A stretch of 64,000 bases of DNA, from the NCBI RefSeq assembly GCF_009914755.1, contig NC_060929.1; one strand, written 5' to 3'. The notes beneath the pieces were generated by a model, which worked only from the letters and a program-made list of their open reading frames with translations, ran no database searches and was not told the origin of the DNA. A program made the position numbers and the translations under genes. This DNA is from the human T2T-CHM13v2.0 reference genome, Homo sapiens. Below, piece by piece: positions 13,875 to 27,939 of this stretch (positions are counted from its first letter, which is position 1; every line of letters starts with the position of its first letter).

Positions 13875-13937
13875 GTTGGCGGAATCTTGACTTCTCTTCT
13901 GCTTCAAGTCTTTGGAGAGCACACGCATGATACTTTC
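13875..13937 (-). CDS. CDC20B: CDC20B coding exon 2 (ESIMRVLSKDLKQKRSQDSAN)
   Basis: Minus-strand acceptor tgtgttttcaaAG, 63 nt in frame with exon 1, GTGAGT donor at 13869-13874; intron 2 runs off the left end of the window. Confidence 0.93.
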
Positions 13938-14159
13938 CTTTGAAAACACAGATAACATATTGAGGGAGAAACTATTTAGGAAAATCATAATTTCAGGTGT
14001 GGAATTTTTCTAGATCTTGTGCTTGTCAGATTACACTTTTTTTTTTTTTTTTTTTTTTTTTGGCAACTAGGCACCTTCAGAATATAACTAAATTACATCA
14101 CTCAAATTTACGACCAGGGCTTAGAGTTTCGTACCACCTCTTGGTCCTAAACAGATATT

Positions 14160-14790
14160 ATGAACGGGGCCTTCGGCCCCGCATTAGAGAGTTAGGGAGA
14201 ATGCAGAAAAGGGTGTTACTCACCCACAGCATCTCCTCTTCCGTGCGGACCCTCCGAGGCGCGGTGCGCTCCAGTTTCCACTCCATCTCCGGCTGACTTC
14301 GCCCTGCCTGGCGTTTGGCCTCTCTGCTCGACTGCCTCTGGTTTTCTTCCCAGGTCTAAGTCAGTCTTGACGCCTAATCGTCAAACCCCTGGAGTCCCGT
14401 CCCCCAGGACCATTCTATTTCACCACCTCCCTCCAGGTCCCCCACTCCTCCCACCGCCGCTGCAAGGTGTTCCCCAGGGTACCATTTAAAAAGCCGGCGG
14501 GGCGGCAGTCGGCGCGGGAATCCCCCTCGCCGGCTTCTTATTGGCCGGCGCCGCGGTGTCGTCAGAGCCCGGGTGGGATTCCCCGGCGCGCGCCGCGGCC
14601 CCGCCCCTGCCGGCCCTCTCTGGGCCCCGCCCCGCCACCGCCTCCGGCCGAGGCGCGCACCCGGGCGCCAAGCTTTGCCGCGAGCCGTGGCGGGCCTGCG
14701 GCTGGGCCTGGCGCCGGGGGCTGCCACCGCGGCAGGAGGCGGAGGGGTTGGCGGGCGAAGAAGCGGGTTCTGGGAGTTCACGATCTTTCC
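14160..14790 (-). promoter_or_regulatory. CpG-island promoter of CDC20B/miR-449
   Basis: Very GC/CpG-rich; TTTAAA (TATA/CHR-like) 14485-14490, E2F-like TTCCCGCGCC (minus) 14511-14520, CCAAT (minus) 14540-14544, several GC boxes. Confidence 0.85.
14224..14286 (-). CDS. CDC20B: CDC20B coding exon 1 (MEWKLERTAPRRVRTEEEMLW)
   Basis: ATG in gagATGG context at 14286, GTGAGT donor at 14218-14223; matches the recognised CDC20B N-terminus, host gene of miR-449. Confidence 0.95.
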
Positions 14791-16389
14791 ATTTTCAGAA
14801 ACAAGAATGTTTCCTTATAACGGCCCTGATCCCTGTTCCTCTGCACCCACTTCTCTTTCTCCAACCACACCCTGCCTTTGCAGGATCCGAGCGTGCACAG
14901 CTCTCCGGCCTCTGTCCGTTGGTAATCGCTGTGTCAGCTATAGATGTGAGGCGTGTTCGTCAGCTCTTCGTTTTCAGAAGGCAAGAAAACGTGGCAAGAT
15001 TTCTATGCCGATCAAAAGGGAGAGCGTTGACATATTTATGCAATAAATTATTCCCTGCTCTATACATTGGGAGTAGTCAGGTCCTCTCACTCGGGCTTCT
15101 GAGCCCTGTTCCTTAGCAGGGGGTAGGTGAGAGAGGTGAAGAGGTAGTGAAAGAACCAGTGACAGGCAGGACCTCATAAGGCGTGAAGAGGGGGCCAGAA
15201 AGCTGAGCACACTGGGGACTCCGTGATAAAGGGGGAGAGGAAGATATTGAGGGTTGAGGAAGAGGTCTGGCGGGAAATGACAGGGAACCAGATGGGCTGT
15301 GCAGCCTTAGCTGCCCATCTGAGCTGCCAAGAGAGCCGAGTTGTGCCATATGGCAGGAGGGGACACTGCATCTGGGAAGCCTCTGACAGCCTGGCAGCCT
15401 GTTTGTCCCTCCCTTGCTAACCCCCCAACCATTTTTGACATTGGATTGTATTTTGCTCTAAGGCAATGTGAGTTTGTGTGTTTTTCTGGGGAAACAGTTC
15501 ATAGATAGCAGATACTCAAAAGGGTCAGTGATCCAAAAAAAAAAAAAAAAAAAAACCTAAAACTCACTCCCCTGCTTTCCTTCATACTGAAAGCAAGAAA
15601 AAATGGCATTAGAACTAAGACCCAATCTTAGACCAGTTTTCTATGTACAATAATAATGCTGCATAGGGTAACTTAATCTTCAAATGACATATATCAAAAT
15701 GTTTGATAGTCAAATAACTAGTGGATTAAAAGATCTCTAAGTTTCACCCACAAGAAGTCTATTTTCCTTGCAGTGGAGTACTCATTCCAAATTCCAGTAA
15801 ATCTTTCAGCAAACATTAAGACTAAATAAAAGTAAACTATTATTGGATGAGAGTCAGATGCATTGTTAATTTAAATGATCAGTTTTGCAAATGCCAACTA
15901 AAACTCAAAGTATATTGGAAATAATATGAAGGACATATTATCTTTGTTCTATTTTTAAATATAGTTTACATTTAACCATTTTGTATAAACACAGAATAAA
16001 AGCAATTCAACTAATAAGCTCATAAATCCATGTAAATTGGGATTTTTAGAATCCAATTTCTTACAAGTACTAAGAATAGTGAATCATTCATTTAGAATGC
16101 AATTATCTGTAAAAATACATTTATAAATTCCATTATAGCCATTAATTCCACAGCATACATATACACAGCCTCCAAATGTCTTTTTTTCCCCTAGTGTGAA
16201 GTAGAGAAAGTATTAGTCAAATATCTTTAGGAAGTAATTATGCAGTTGAATATTCAGATTAAAACTTAACTTCAGAATGATGGAAACAGAAACTCGCCAC
16301 TTGGCAAATATTACAGTAATAACTGTCAAGAATACTAAAATTACCTTGCATATGATGAGAATACTTCCCCCTATAATTAAACACAAAAA

Positions 16390-16950
16390 ATAAAATCACA
16401 ACTTTTCACTGGCCAAAACTGGCAGAGACCACCTTAACCAAGTGATCAAAGTTAACATCACCATTAGTGAGACATGTTGACATACTGTGCCTCATGAGAA
16501 GGACACATCACTTCTGTGATATTTTTGCCCCACAAAATGCATAACCTTAATAGTGAGAAAATACTAGACAAACCCAAATTAAAAGACTTTCCACAAAATT
16601 GGCCAGTACTTTTCAAAAGTATCATAGTCATCAATAAAGAAAGAGTAAGAAACTGTCACAGATTAAAAGAAACAAGACATGCCAACCAAATGCATTGCGA
16701 GGTCCTGGATTGAATCCTGGACCACAAAAAAGAAGATATTGGTTAGATAACTGTAGAAATTTGAATTGATCCATATCTGCAGATTAGTTAATAGAGTAGT
16801 AGTAATGCTGATTTCCTAGTTATGATTATTGTACTATAGCTATATAAAATGTTAAGATTTGTGAACGCTGAGTGAAGGATATAATGGAATTATTTGTACC
16901 ATTTTTGTAACTTTTTTCTAAGCCTGAAATTATTTCAAAATGAAAAATAT
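16390..16950 (+). mobile_element. Old L1M (L1MC/ME-like) 3' fragment
   Basis: caccttaaccaagtgatcaaagttaacatcacc ... gtaacttttttctaagcctgaaattatttcaaaat typical of mammalian-wide L1 3'UTRs. Confidence 0.7.
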
Positions 16951-17689
16951 TTAACATCATGTGGTCATTCTATTAAAAAGCACTTTGGTAAGACTGTTTG
17001 GGGAAAACAGAAACATCCTGTAAACATATTATCTTAATTTTTATCAAATATGGTTTAGGAACAATGTCCAATTCAAATATTTATGCGCCTAAGAGTAGCT
17101 TTACTATCTTTCAAATGTTTCCTCTTTGAGAATGGGTTTTGCAGGGAGGATGTGACAATGAGAAAGGCTGTGAGGAAGACTCCTGGACAAAGGCCAATAA
17201 GAAGGATTTTGAGGAAAGAAAGGCGACAGGAGCGAGGGGAGGTGGACTAGTGGAGGAAGGGAGAGAAAGAATTTGGAAAAGCTTCCCTTAACTCTCAAAG
17301 TCGCCGGTGCTCTGAGAATCTCAGTAGGTCCCTATCAATGGGAAGCAAGAGGATATTCAAGCTTCCCAAATGCGATCTCTTTTTTTTTTCAATTACACTT
17401 TCATTCTAAACATCAAGAATGTTAAATATCTCAAAAATATGCCATATACATGGGCTCGCTTCAGCGGCATATGCACTGAATGTGCAATATACCAAGTACA
17501 CTCCCTTCAATCCGCTCTCCCAACCTCCTCCTTCCCCGACCTTCGTCAGACCCTTTTCAATGTATTTGCACGTGCACACATAGAGTCTGGCCCTGTGGAT
17601 CTTTCCCCACAAATGAGATCTCATTATACTTATCATTTTTCAACTTGTTTTCTCTAATTCACTGTATTCAACTAATTTCCGAGCAGTGC

Positions 17690-18070
17690 AAACCGGAGAG
17701 CTCCCCATTCCCAGCGCCAACGGCAGGTTTGCGCGCCCCTCCGGCCCGCGGTTACTCCCCGCCCTGCTCCAGGCTGGTGCCTCGCCCTCAGCCCGCTCGC
17801 GCCTGGCTACGCCCGCGCCCGCGCCCGCTCCCGCCCCTAGCTTCTGCGCGCCGCCCTGCAGCCCCTGCGCGCGCCTACTGGGCCAAAGGGACGGTTGGGA
17901 GTTTGCTCCAACTGTCCCTGGGGCACGCCTTCCCCGCCCAGCAGGGGTTGGGGAACGCGAGCTGGGAGTGTGAGGGAAAGCGCCACGCCAGTGGGGGCTG
18001 ATACAGCTCCAGCCTGTGCGGGGCAGGCGTTAGACTGCAGAAGGGGAGAGCTTAGGATAACCGCACTCAG
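17690..18070. promoter_or_regulatory. Second CpG island about 3.3 kb upstream of CDC20B
   Basis: Dense CpG and GC boxes (ccccgccc, cgcccgcgcccgcgcccgc) in otherwise AT-rich DNA; no recognisable coding exon. Confidence 0.7.
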
Positions 18071-19110
18071 GTGGCGCAAGGAAGTCAGCCACGAAGAAAA
18101 AGAAAGGGAAGGAAAAACATCGTCCCAGACTGATAAACTCTCTGCTCCCCGGTGTAACGTCGCTCAGTATAGCGAGAGCATGGATGGACGAATGAAGCCC
18201 TCTTGATGCAGACTATCCAAAAATTTAATTTACAAAGGGCTCCAAAAATTTAAATTGCAAAGGTTCCAGCAGTGTAAAAGCCTCAGTCAGAAGAGTGGTC
18301 AATAAAGTAGCACATCACCTCTGGTTACATGGCTTATTACTTATTTTTTCGATTACAAGTGGTTCGTGTATATGCATATTTTTCTATTACTGCCTGATTT
18401 CTAAGTACAGTACAGGGTCTGTCCTTTAAAATTATTTCTCCATTCATACCCAAATTAACAAGGATAGAGGGAAAGGTTTGCCCAGCTTCACTGCATGAAA
18501 ATCTTAAGATCACTTCCAACCACTTATTTCCTTTAGGGCATTTTTCCTTTCACTTCCTCCTTAGGGTCGTTCTTGCATAGGGTAACTGCCCAAATAAGGT
18601 AGTTCTCTACCATTTTAAGGCAATGCAAAGAAAATTTTAAAATGAAATTAATTCAAATCTGTATAAAACAATGGATGAAATCAGGCATATGAAAATGATC
18701 CCCTCTCAAAGAAAAGCTGGTTCATGAATGCTCTAGACCTGAAAATCTGTTTTCACTAGATATTCTTCCAGAACTTCAAATGCAACATAATCCAAAACAG
18801 AATTGAGAATCTTTCCTTATTCCCATTCTGCCCAGACCATCTATCTATTCCTCCCTCTGTGTGCCGTTGCCAGTATCACCATCTTCCTGGTGGAGCAGAG
18901 GCAAAGTCAGCTTTCCTTAACTCTTTCCCTTCCCCCATATGCCCAAATCCACCTATCAAATACATTTTCCCCTCTGCTGTGTTGATTACACCTGCCCTCT
19001 TCTTAAACAATAACGATAACCTGATAATCTCCATCTATTCCTTCTCCAGTCCGTTCATTTAACATATGTCTTTGCACCCAGCAAGTGTCATGCACTATGC
19101 AAAGAAGTAG

Positions 19111-19502
<392 letters not shown>

Positions 19503-21749
19503 TTTCAACACTTAGAATTAAGTTCTAAGTTTCTAATTCACATAAAACCCCTTTAGGACTTAACTTCTCTCTGCCTTTCTCTCATAATCTCCCACAACAC
19601 CACCAACACCTCCTATCTTCAGATGTACTTGATACTAGCACTCTCTTGCCTTCAGGTCTTTGTTGAGGCTGCCTTACTTTTGGATTGTCTTTTTTCTTAT
19701 CTCTTCCTGGCAAATTCTTACTCTCAAATTTCAGCCACCTTTTCCAAAGAGCCTTCTCAAATCAAATCGTGCTAGTTAGAATTTCTTTATCTTCCCTCTG
19801 TTCCCATACCATATTGTTTGTACTTCTAGTCTGCTTACTTCCAGATTTTGTGTGTGTGTTACATACATTCTCCAGTATATTGTAAGCTCCAAGAATACAA
19901 GAATCTTGTGTTTTTCATCTTGATTTCCTCTTCAGAGATCGGCTCAGTGCTTTGCGCATAGGAAGTTTTGCACTTGGTTGGTGATCAATAATTTGTTCAG
20001 TGAACCAATTTGTAGATGAGATTAGAACATTTTCCAAATCATGGAAGTGGCAATATAGAATCACAAAAGAAAGACTTTCACATGCCATATTTGGAATGTG
20101 ATAAACTCAGTTTTAAGAAATATGTGAGTTAAAAAGTATGCAGGTCCTAGGCCTGACACCTGCTAATTGTATAACTTGAAACATGTTATTCTACCCCTTG
20201 AAGTCTCAGGTTCCTCAACTGTAAAATAGGATAATTATTATCTACTGTACAGATTTATGATGAGGATCAAGAGAGAAAATACAAAGCTTCTAAAAGTATA
20301 CATTTCTTTCTTTGAGAATGAAGTGGTGGAACTTAGATGACTAAGTAAAATGAGTATTTGGATAATAAATATGTCTTTATAAAGCACTTCCAGAAGACAC
20401 TATCCTTAGGTCCAGAGCCATATACTAGGTACGTGGCACATAGTAGGTGGTCAATAAATATAATATGAGTGAATTCTAAACCTCCAACTCAGTTCCTTAA
20501 CTAGTAATATACTAAATCAAGAGAAATCCATATGGCTAATCTAGTTAGATGGTTATGTCACCAGAGAATAAACATTTGCATTTAAATGTATTCCAATTCT
20601 GTGCCCACCAGGCAACCACTTGATTTATGACTTAAGGTTAAGTCTGGGAAGACTTGCTTCTGAAAGGGAAGGGTCCTGATTCTAGATAGCTACATACCTC
20701 CAATGGTAAGTGAATTGGATTCTGGCTTACCTACCAGACTCGAGCTTAGTTAATGTAAGTCAGTATCCAATGATTGCTATGTCTTGATAATAGTTCTGGA
20801 GAAGTAGATTTGAACCAGAGTGGTGAATTAAACAATGGCGTTCTCTCCGGACCAGATATTCTTGCTCTGCCATTAACTTGCAGTATAATTTTGGTCAAGT
20901 TACTCTTCCCCAGAAGTCTGGTTACTTATAAAATGAAGACATTAAACAGAGGAAACTCTAATATTCTTTCTACCTCTGTATCATTATAGTTCACGAATTA
21001 CCAACCAGAGTGACCTCAGCATGGAACTTCCCAACTGGGAAGCTATCTGGAATCACAGCCAATCAGCCTCTCAACATGTCTGATCATGGCAACACTAAAG
21101 TCCACAGAAAGAGTACCCACGAACACATAAGAAGTTAGTTTTCTAGAGCTTAACATGCAGTGAAGCAGAGCAACACCAAGGGGCAATTTGGAGTTTTAAG
21201 CCCTAAAACCCGGGCTCCTTTCCAGAGGGTGAAATGTTGAAGAAACAGTTTAGATAAACTCATACACAAAAAAGTTGACTAATTTAAAGATCAATACTTG
21301 TTCTTTTTTAACTTATTTTATGATTGCTCTTATGCCTTCTTTTTCCAAGTTTTCCAGGGACTACTGATACTTTAGATATAAATCTTCTGCTTTTATAGTA
21401 AGCAAAAGCAAGGTTGCTCTTTGTCCCAGATTACCTCAACCTGTAAAATGGCATGCTGCAAACCAATTCTGAGCCCAGATAAAAGAGTCATCAAGATTTC
21501 ACATTCTTAGCATGTCCAGCAAGACATGTAGGAACATGAGAGACCATGGAGGAGTGTCTTCCAAAACAAATGTTAGGGCTTCTGCCCCTAGTGAATTTTA
21601 CTTTTAGTGATTTTTATCTCCTCTAAACTCAGAATGACATAAAATATGCGCCCTCTTGCCCCTTTGCTTCTTTGTAGCATAGAGCTGTGGGAAGAACACA
21701 GGCTTTAGAGTCAGAGAACCTGTTGGAATCCTGGCTTTTCCATCTACTA

Positions 21750-22170
<421 letters not shown>

Positions 22171-24689
22171 GAAATTGAGAGAAAACTTTGTAAAAGGCAA
22201 GAAGCAATCACTAAAAACTGGAAACAACCCATATCCACCAAAATGCCTTTCGTCTGTTGAATGAACAAGCAAACTATAGTAAATCCACACAATGGATTCA
22301 ACAACACAAAAGAATGAACTATTCATACAAGCAACATCATGGATGTATTGGGAATGCAATATGCTCATTGAAAGAACCAGACTCAAAAGGCTACATATTA
22401 TATGGTTCAACTTATAGGACAATCTGGAATAGACAAAACTATGGGGACAGGAAATAGATAAATGATTGCCAGGGAGGAGCTAACTACAAAGGAGCATAGG
22501 GAATTTTTTTAAATGATGGAACTGTTCTATATCTTGATTGTGGGGTGGTTATAGGACTGTAGGCATTACTGTACACTCATAAAACTATTCACTAAAAACA
22601 AGTAAATTTTACTCTATGTAAATTGTACCATTATTTTTAAATGGTTTTTTAAAAGGAAGAACCATATCAAAATTTGTTGTGTTTCTGCAACTTCTTACAC
22701 TCTACACACATGTTCTGTATTCTGATTTTTATTTCAGTATTCAAGACCAATGAATGAAATATTTGGGTCAAGATAGAAGAAAACAACAGCTGAATTGCTG
22801 TAAGAATGCCCATGCTAACTTTGCCATATACACTGCTTACTGGTGCCATATTCCAGAACTACGTTGTAAAGCCCCAAGACACACAGACTATTTACAGAGC
22901 TCTATATGCAACCACAGAGGGCCATTGCCCCATGTGAGTACATCAGTGGATGATGTTCCCTCCATGTTTCAAGAGACTATTCTATATGTAATTCTCTCCT
23001 TTTGCCACATCAACATCCGAATTACACATTGTAGGGAGAAAATTCAATTCAACATACCATGATATAATCAGTTCCCACTTATCTGCTAATAGAGGAAAAT
23101 TGCTTTAGATATTATATAGAAGCAATCCTGAAATCTCATTTAAGCAATAGTTTCATCCATGTCATCATTCTACCATCATTTGTCAGAATTCCAAATGCAG
23201 TTGATATCTTTTGTATAATTTTGCTTTTACCTCCTCCCTTGTTCATCTTGTTCATTATTTTTTTGGATGCACCAAGAAACAATAAAACACTAGACAGGAG
23301 GCATCAAAAGAGAAGCAGATCTGTATATAGCCCACAATAGATAAACCCACAGGTACTTAAGTGTTTACACTAGTAAGTAGACTTACGAGCTTCAGCACTG
23401 CCCTGAACAGATGCCTTCATTTCCTCATGATTCTACAATTTCCCCTCAAGTCAAAAAAGTCAGTGCATGATGTTCTTTTAGTTATTTTTAAATGGGACAC
23501 TGTTTAAAGAAAAACATACTCAAGAGATTCTCACAAGCCTGGGATTTTTAAATTTAGTGACCAAGGATGAATTTTCTCTCTTTAACTCTTCATATTGTCT
23601 TCGTATTCTATTATTGGATATTTGCTAAATGACCACAATGTACTTAGTAATGTGCCAAACATAAAAGCTTTATAATCTAACTTCTGACTTATCAACTCAG
23701 TGCAATTTATTATTGACTTTTTTATTTTTATTTTTTATCTTTTATATTTATTTTCATTTAGACCCATCAGCAGGAGGCAGCTCAGTGCAATTTAATGGAG
23801 CAAGTGTAGGCCAGCTGAAGCCCTAACTTTTCCTATATGACTTTAGGCAAGTTTCCTCACCTGCAGGGATTAAATGGCCCATATAGTTATGAAGTTCTGA
23901 GACTAACTCTGTCATATGAGGGGTTCGTGAAAGAGGGATAGCCAAGGATTCCAACATGAATCTCAAGAGTTAAAATAAGTCAGAGTTGAATAGTGGTCTT
24001 CAGATTTTCTAAGGTACAAAAGAGGCCACTATTACTTCATTATATTTTAGTCCTTTTATTTTATTTAATCCTTTCTCAATCCTCATCAAATTGAATCTTT
24101 AAAGAAAAGATGCTAGACCATTTGGGGTTCCCATACACCAGTACACAATAATAGTGGCAGCTTCTATACAAGAAAGTGGTATCATTTCTTGCAAATAGTG
24201 TAGAAAGTATTTGTGTCAGTGTATCACTAATACGAAGAAATAAGGTTTTATAGGTAAATTGGAAATACTGTATTGTTCATATCTACAGGGAAAATATTTT
24301 GCTTTTTTGGTTGATTCCAGGTTTTAACTCTGTTAAAAAATGATATAAGTAAATATGTACAGAGGCATATATGACATATATATATACACACACATATGTA
24401 TAAACATCTGTTGCTGGTGTTATTATTACAATGAAAAGGGTGACTTTCAAGATACCTTAGGAATTAGCTCTGATTTTAAGAGATGACAGTTAATTTATTA
24501 TTTAAATAAATTGGGCAATGCCTATAAATACAAATTTAAACTAAAACTCTGCTTCTTTTGGTGCTTATTAATCACTTCTGCATCCATAACTAAAATACAA
24601 AATAAGAGTAAAGAGATTCATAGGGGTCAAAATGGCTTATTGCAGTTTAATATTAACATTTATTTTGCTCTCAAAGAATCTTTGCCTAA

Positions 24690-25036
24690 TTAGTCTGTTT
24701 ATGCTACTATAACAAAATACCATAAACAGGGTAGTTTATGAACAACAGAAATATCTTTCTCACAGTCTGGAGCCCAGAAAGCCCAAGATCAAGTTGCCAG
24801 CAGATTCAGTGTCTGGTGAGGACATTTCATGGTCTTAGATGGTGCCTTCTTGCTGCATCCTCACATGGTGGAAGTGACAAGGGGACTCTTTTATAAGGGC
24901 ACTAATCCCATTCATGAGGGCTCCACCCTCATGACCTAATCATCTCTCAGTGGTCCCACCTCCTAATACTATCACCTTGGGGGTTAGGATTTCAACATGT
25001 GAATTTTGGGAGAATCTAAACATTCAGAACATAACG
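24690..25036 (-). mobile_element. MaLR solo LTR (MLT1/MST-like)
   Basis: tagtctgtttatgctactataacaaaatacca ... aagatcaagttgccagcagattcagtgtctggtgagg ... ggttaggatttcaacatgtgaattttggg. Confidence 0.8.
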
Positions 25037-25604
25037 CTAATGTAACTTTTATTTCAATGCTACTAGAAATATAGTACAATTAAGAATTTTTGACTTATGT
25101 GAATGATTCTCTTCCCACACTCCAGTTTGTTAAAAGGAAAACTGAGACACAATGAAATTTTAAAGAGTTTATTTGAACAAATAACAATTAGTGATTGGGA
25201 TAATCAATATCTCAAATTTCACCTTTGAAAAAGTAAAGGCAGTATTATTACAGAGTCCACTTATTAAAGACTTTCTTCACTAGCCCAATAGCTATTATGG
25301 GCTTATCATTTGTATTTTGTAGTTGTATTAGTTGCTTTTAAGATATCTTTCTGTCATCTAAAATACTCAAAAGATTTGAAAAAGAGTCAACATATCTGTA
25401 AGCATTAATTCCATGGTATCAAAATCCAAAATTACCTCTACAGTTTATAACAATACATCAATTACCAAAATAATACTTCATTAGACTACATGTAAAATCT
25501 ATACATATTCTAAAAGCAAAAACTCACAAACTAACAAAAATCATATCTTCCAAGTAAAGGATGCTTATGGTGGAGAGTGAAAAGTGATGATTAAAAAGGA
25601 CCAC

Positions 25605-25959
<355 letters not shown>

Positions 25960-26223
25960 TCAATAGGATGATGTTGATAAAACTACCATAAACATTTTAG
26001 ACTTTATTCATAGAAATGTAATGTCCCCAAAAGAGAAATGATTTTTCTTCCTTTGTACTGGACAGACCCTAACTGTAGATATTACACTTGAGTATAATAC
26101 TTTATAATGGATATTGAGAATCTCATCCAGAGAAACCTCACAAGTATATTAAAGTATCTAAAGGTCATGTCAGAAAAAAAAATTACATTAACTAGGAAAA
26201 AATCATATTAACTAGAAAGCAAA

Positions 26224-26313
26224 TCTCTCATCCAAGTACTAACCAGGCCCAACCCTGCTTAGCTTCTGAGATCAGATGAGATTGGGCACATTCAGGGTGG
26301 TATGGCTGTAGAC
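26224..26313 (-). pseudogene. 5S rRNA pseudogene, 3'-truncated (nt 1-90)
   Basis: Reverse complement GTCTACAGCCATACCACCCTGAATGTGCCCAATCTCATCTGATCTCAGAAGCTAAGCAGGGTTGGGCCTGGTTAGTACTTGGATGAGAGA aligns ungapped to human 5S rRNA (as recalled) with 8 differences. Confidence 0.95.
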
Positions 26314-27155
26314 TAGGAAGCAAATCTGAAGAAAATAAACCCAAGTCTGACTTCTGGGCAACCAACCCTGTAACACCATCCATCTGCACTTCTTCCTCTG
26401 CAATAGAGAAGATATCCCTCCTCCTAAGGTTAATTTCTCCAAGAACTTTACCATTTTCTCATGGTCCATGCTGTAGTAGTACCCTCCATCTCTCCTCATC
26501 TGCAAGCTCTCCCTCTTTGTTGGATTCTTCCAATAAGCATTTAAATGTTTTCAAATCTCCAACTATTGTTCCAGGCTATCCTTTCCACAGCTAAGATTCT
26601 CAAAAGATTTGTCTACATGCACAATCTCAATTTCCTAACTTTAGCTCATCCTCAATCTATTCACCATCATTTCCCCATTGCTACCTTCAAAAGGTCTCAT
26701 TTTTCATCTTACTTGATGAAAAAGGAATATTGCTCAGGAGAGAAATGATTTTTCTTCCTTTGTACTAGACAGACCCTATCTGTACATATCACAATTGAGT
26801 GTCATACTTCATAATGGATATCAAGAATCTCGTCCAGAGAAACATCACAAGTATATTAAAGGAATTCATCATCTTCCTTGATGAAAAGGAATATTGCTTC
26901 CTCCAAAGGAGGAATTCACCACTTCTTCCTGCTTAAAATTTTTTCTGTTTTTTAAATCAACACTACACATTCCCAGTTTTCCTCCTTCTCAGTAATCATT
27001 ACTGGTTTATCCTTCTTGTTAGGCTTTGGAAATGTTTAAGTTTTAAATGGTATGCTGGTAAAACAGCTTTGGGGCACCAGGTTAGGCGGGAGGAGGAAGA
27101 CCTGATTTGAAGCAATTGACAATTTCTGTGGTGTAAATACTCCTACCATAGCTGA

Positions 27156-27557
<402 letters not shown>

Positions 27558-27939
27558 CAGAGGGCTTCTTCTAACACTGTACTCCATAAGCAGTCTCGAC
27601 CTGGTGCATAGTGTCTGTGATCCATACCTAATCCAGACCAGTAGGCTTCCCAGGCATCTCAAACTTCTATTCACACTGAACCTTCCTCCCAAATCTTGGC
27701 CTCTAATGTCATCCAAGCTGGAGTACAGTGGTGTAATCATAACTAACTGCAGCCTCGACCTCTTAGGCTCAAGCAATTCTCCAGCCTCTACCTCCTAAAG
27801 TGCTGGGATTACAGGCTTGAGCCACTGCATCTGGCCATAAAGCTTTCTTAAGAGCACATAGTACAATACCAGACACGTGGTATGTGCTTAGTAATCTATG
27901 ATTATCATGGGGGCCGCTTCCACTATAATTTGTATGCCC

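Noticed and set aside
14374-15116. Several 117-191 aa Pro/Arg/Ala/Gly-rich ORFs over the CDC20B promoter
   Set aside because: Expected stop-codon depletion in a CpG island; open in many frames on both strands; no recognisable domain
17480-18206. 173-aa and overlapping ORFs at the second CpG island
   Set aside because: Low-complexity GC-driven ORFs, mostly with non-ATG starts; no homology recognised
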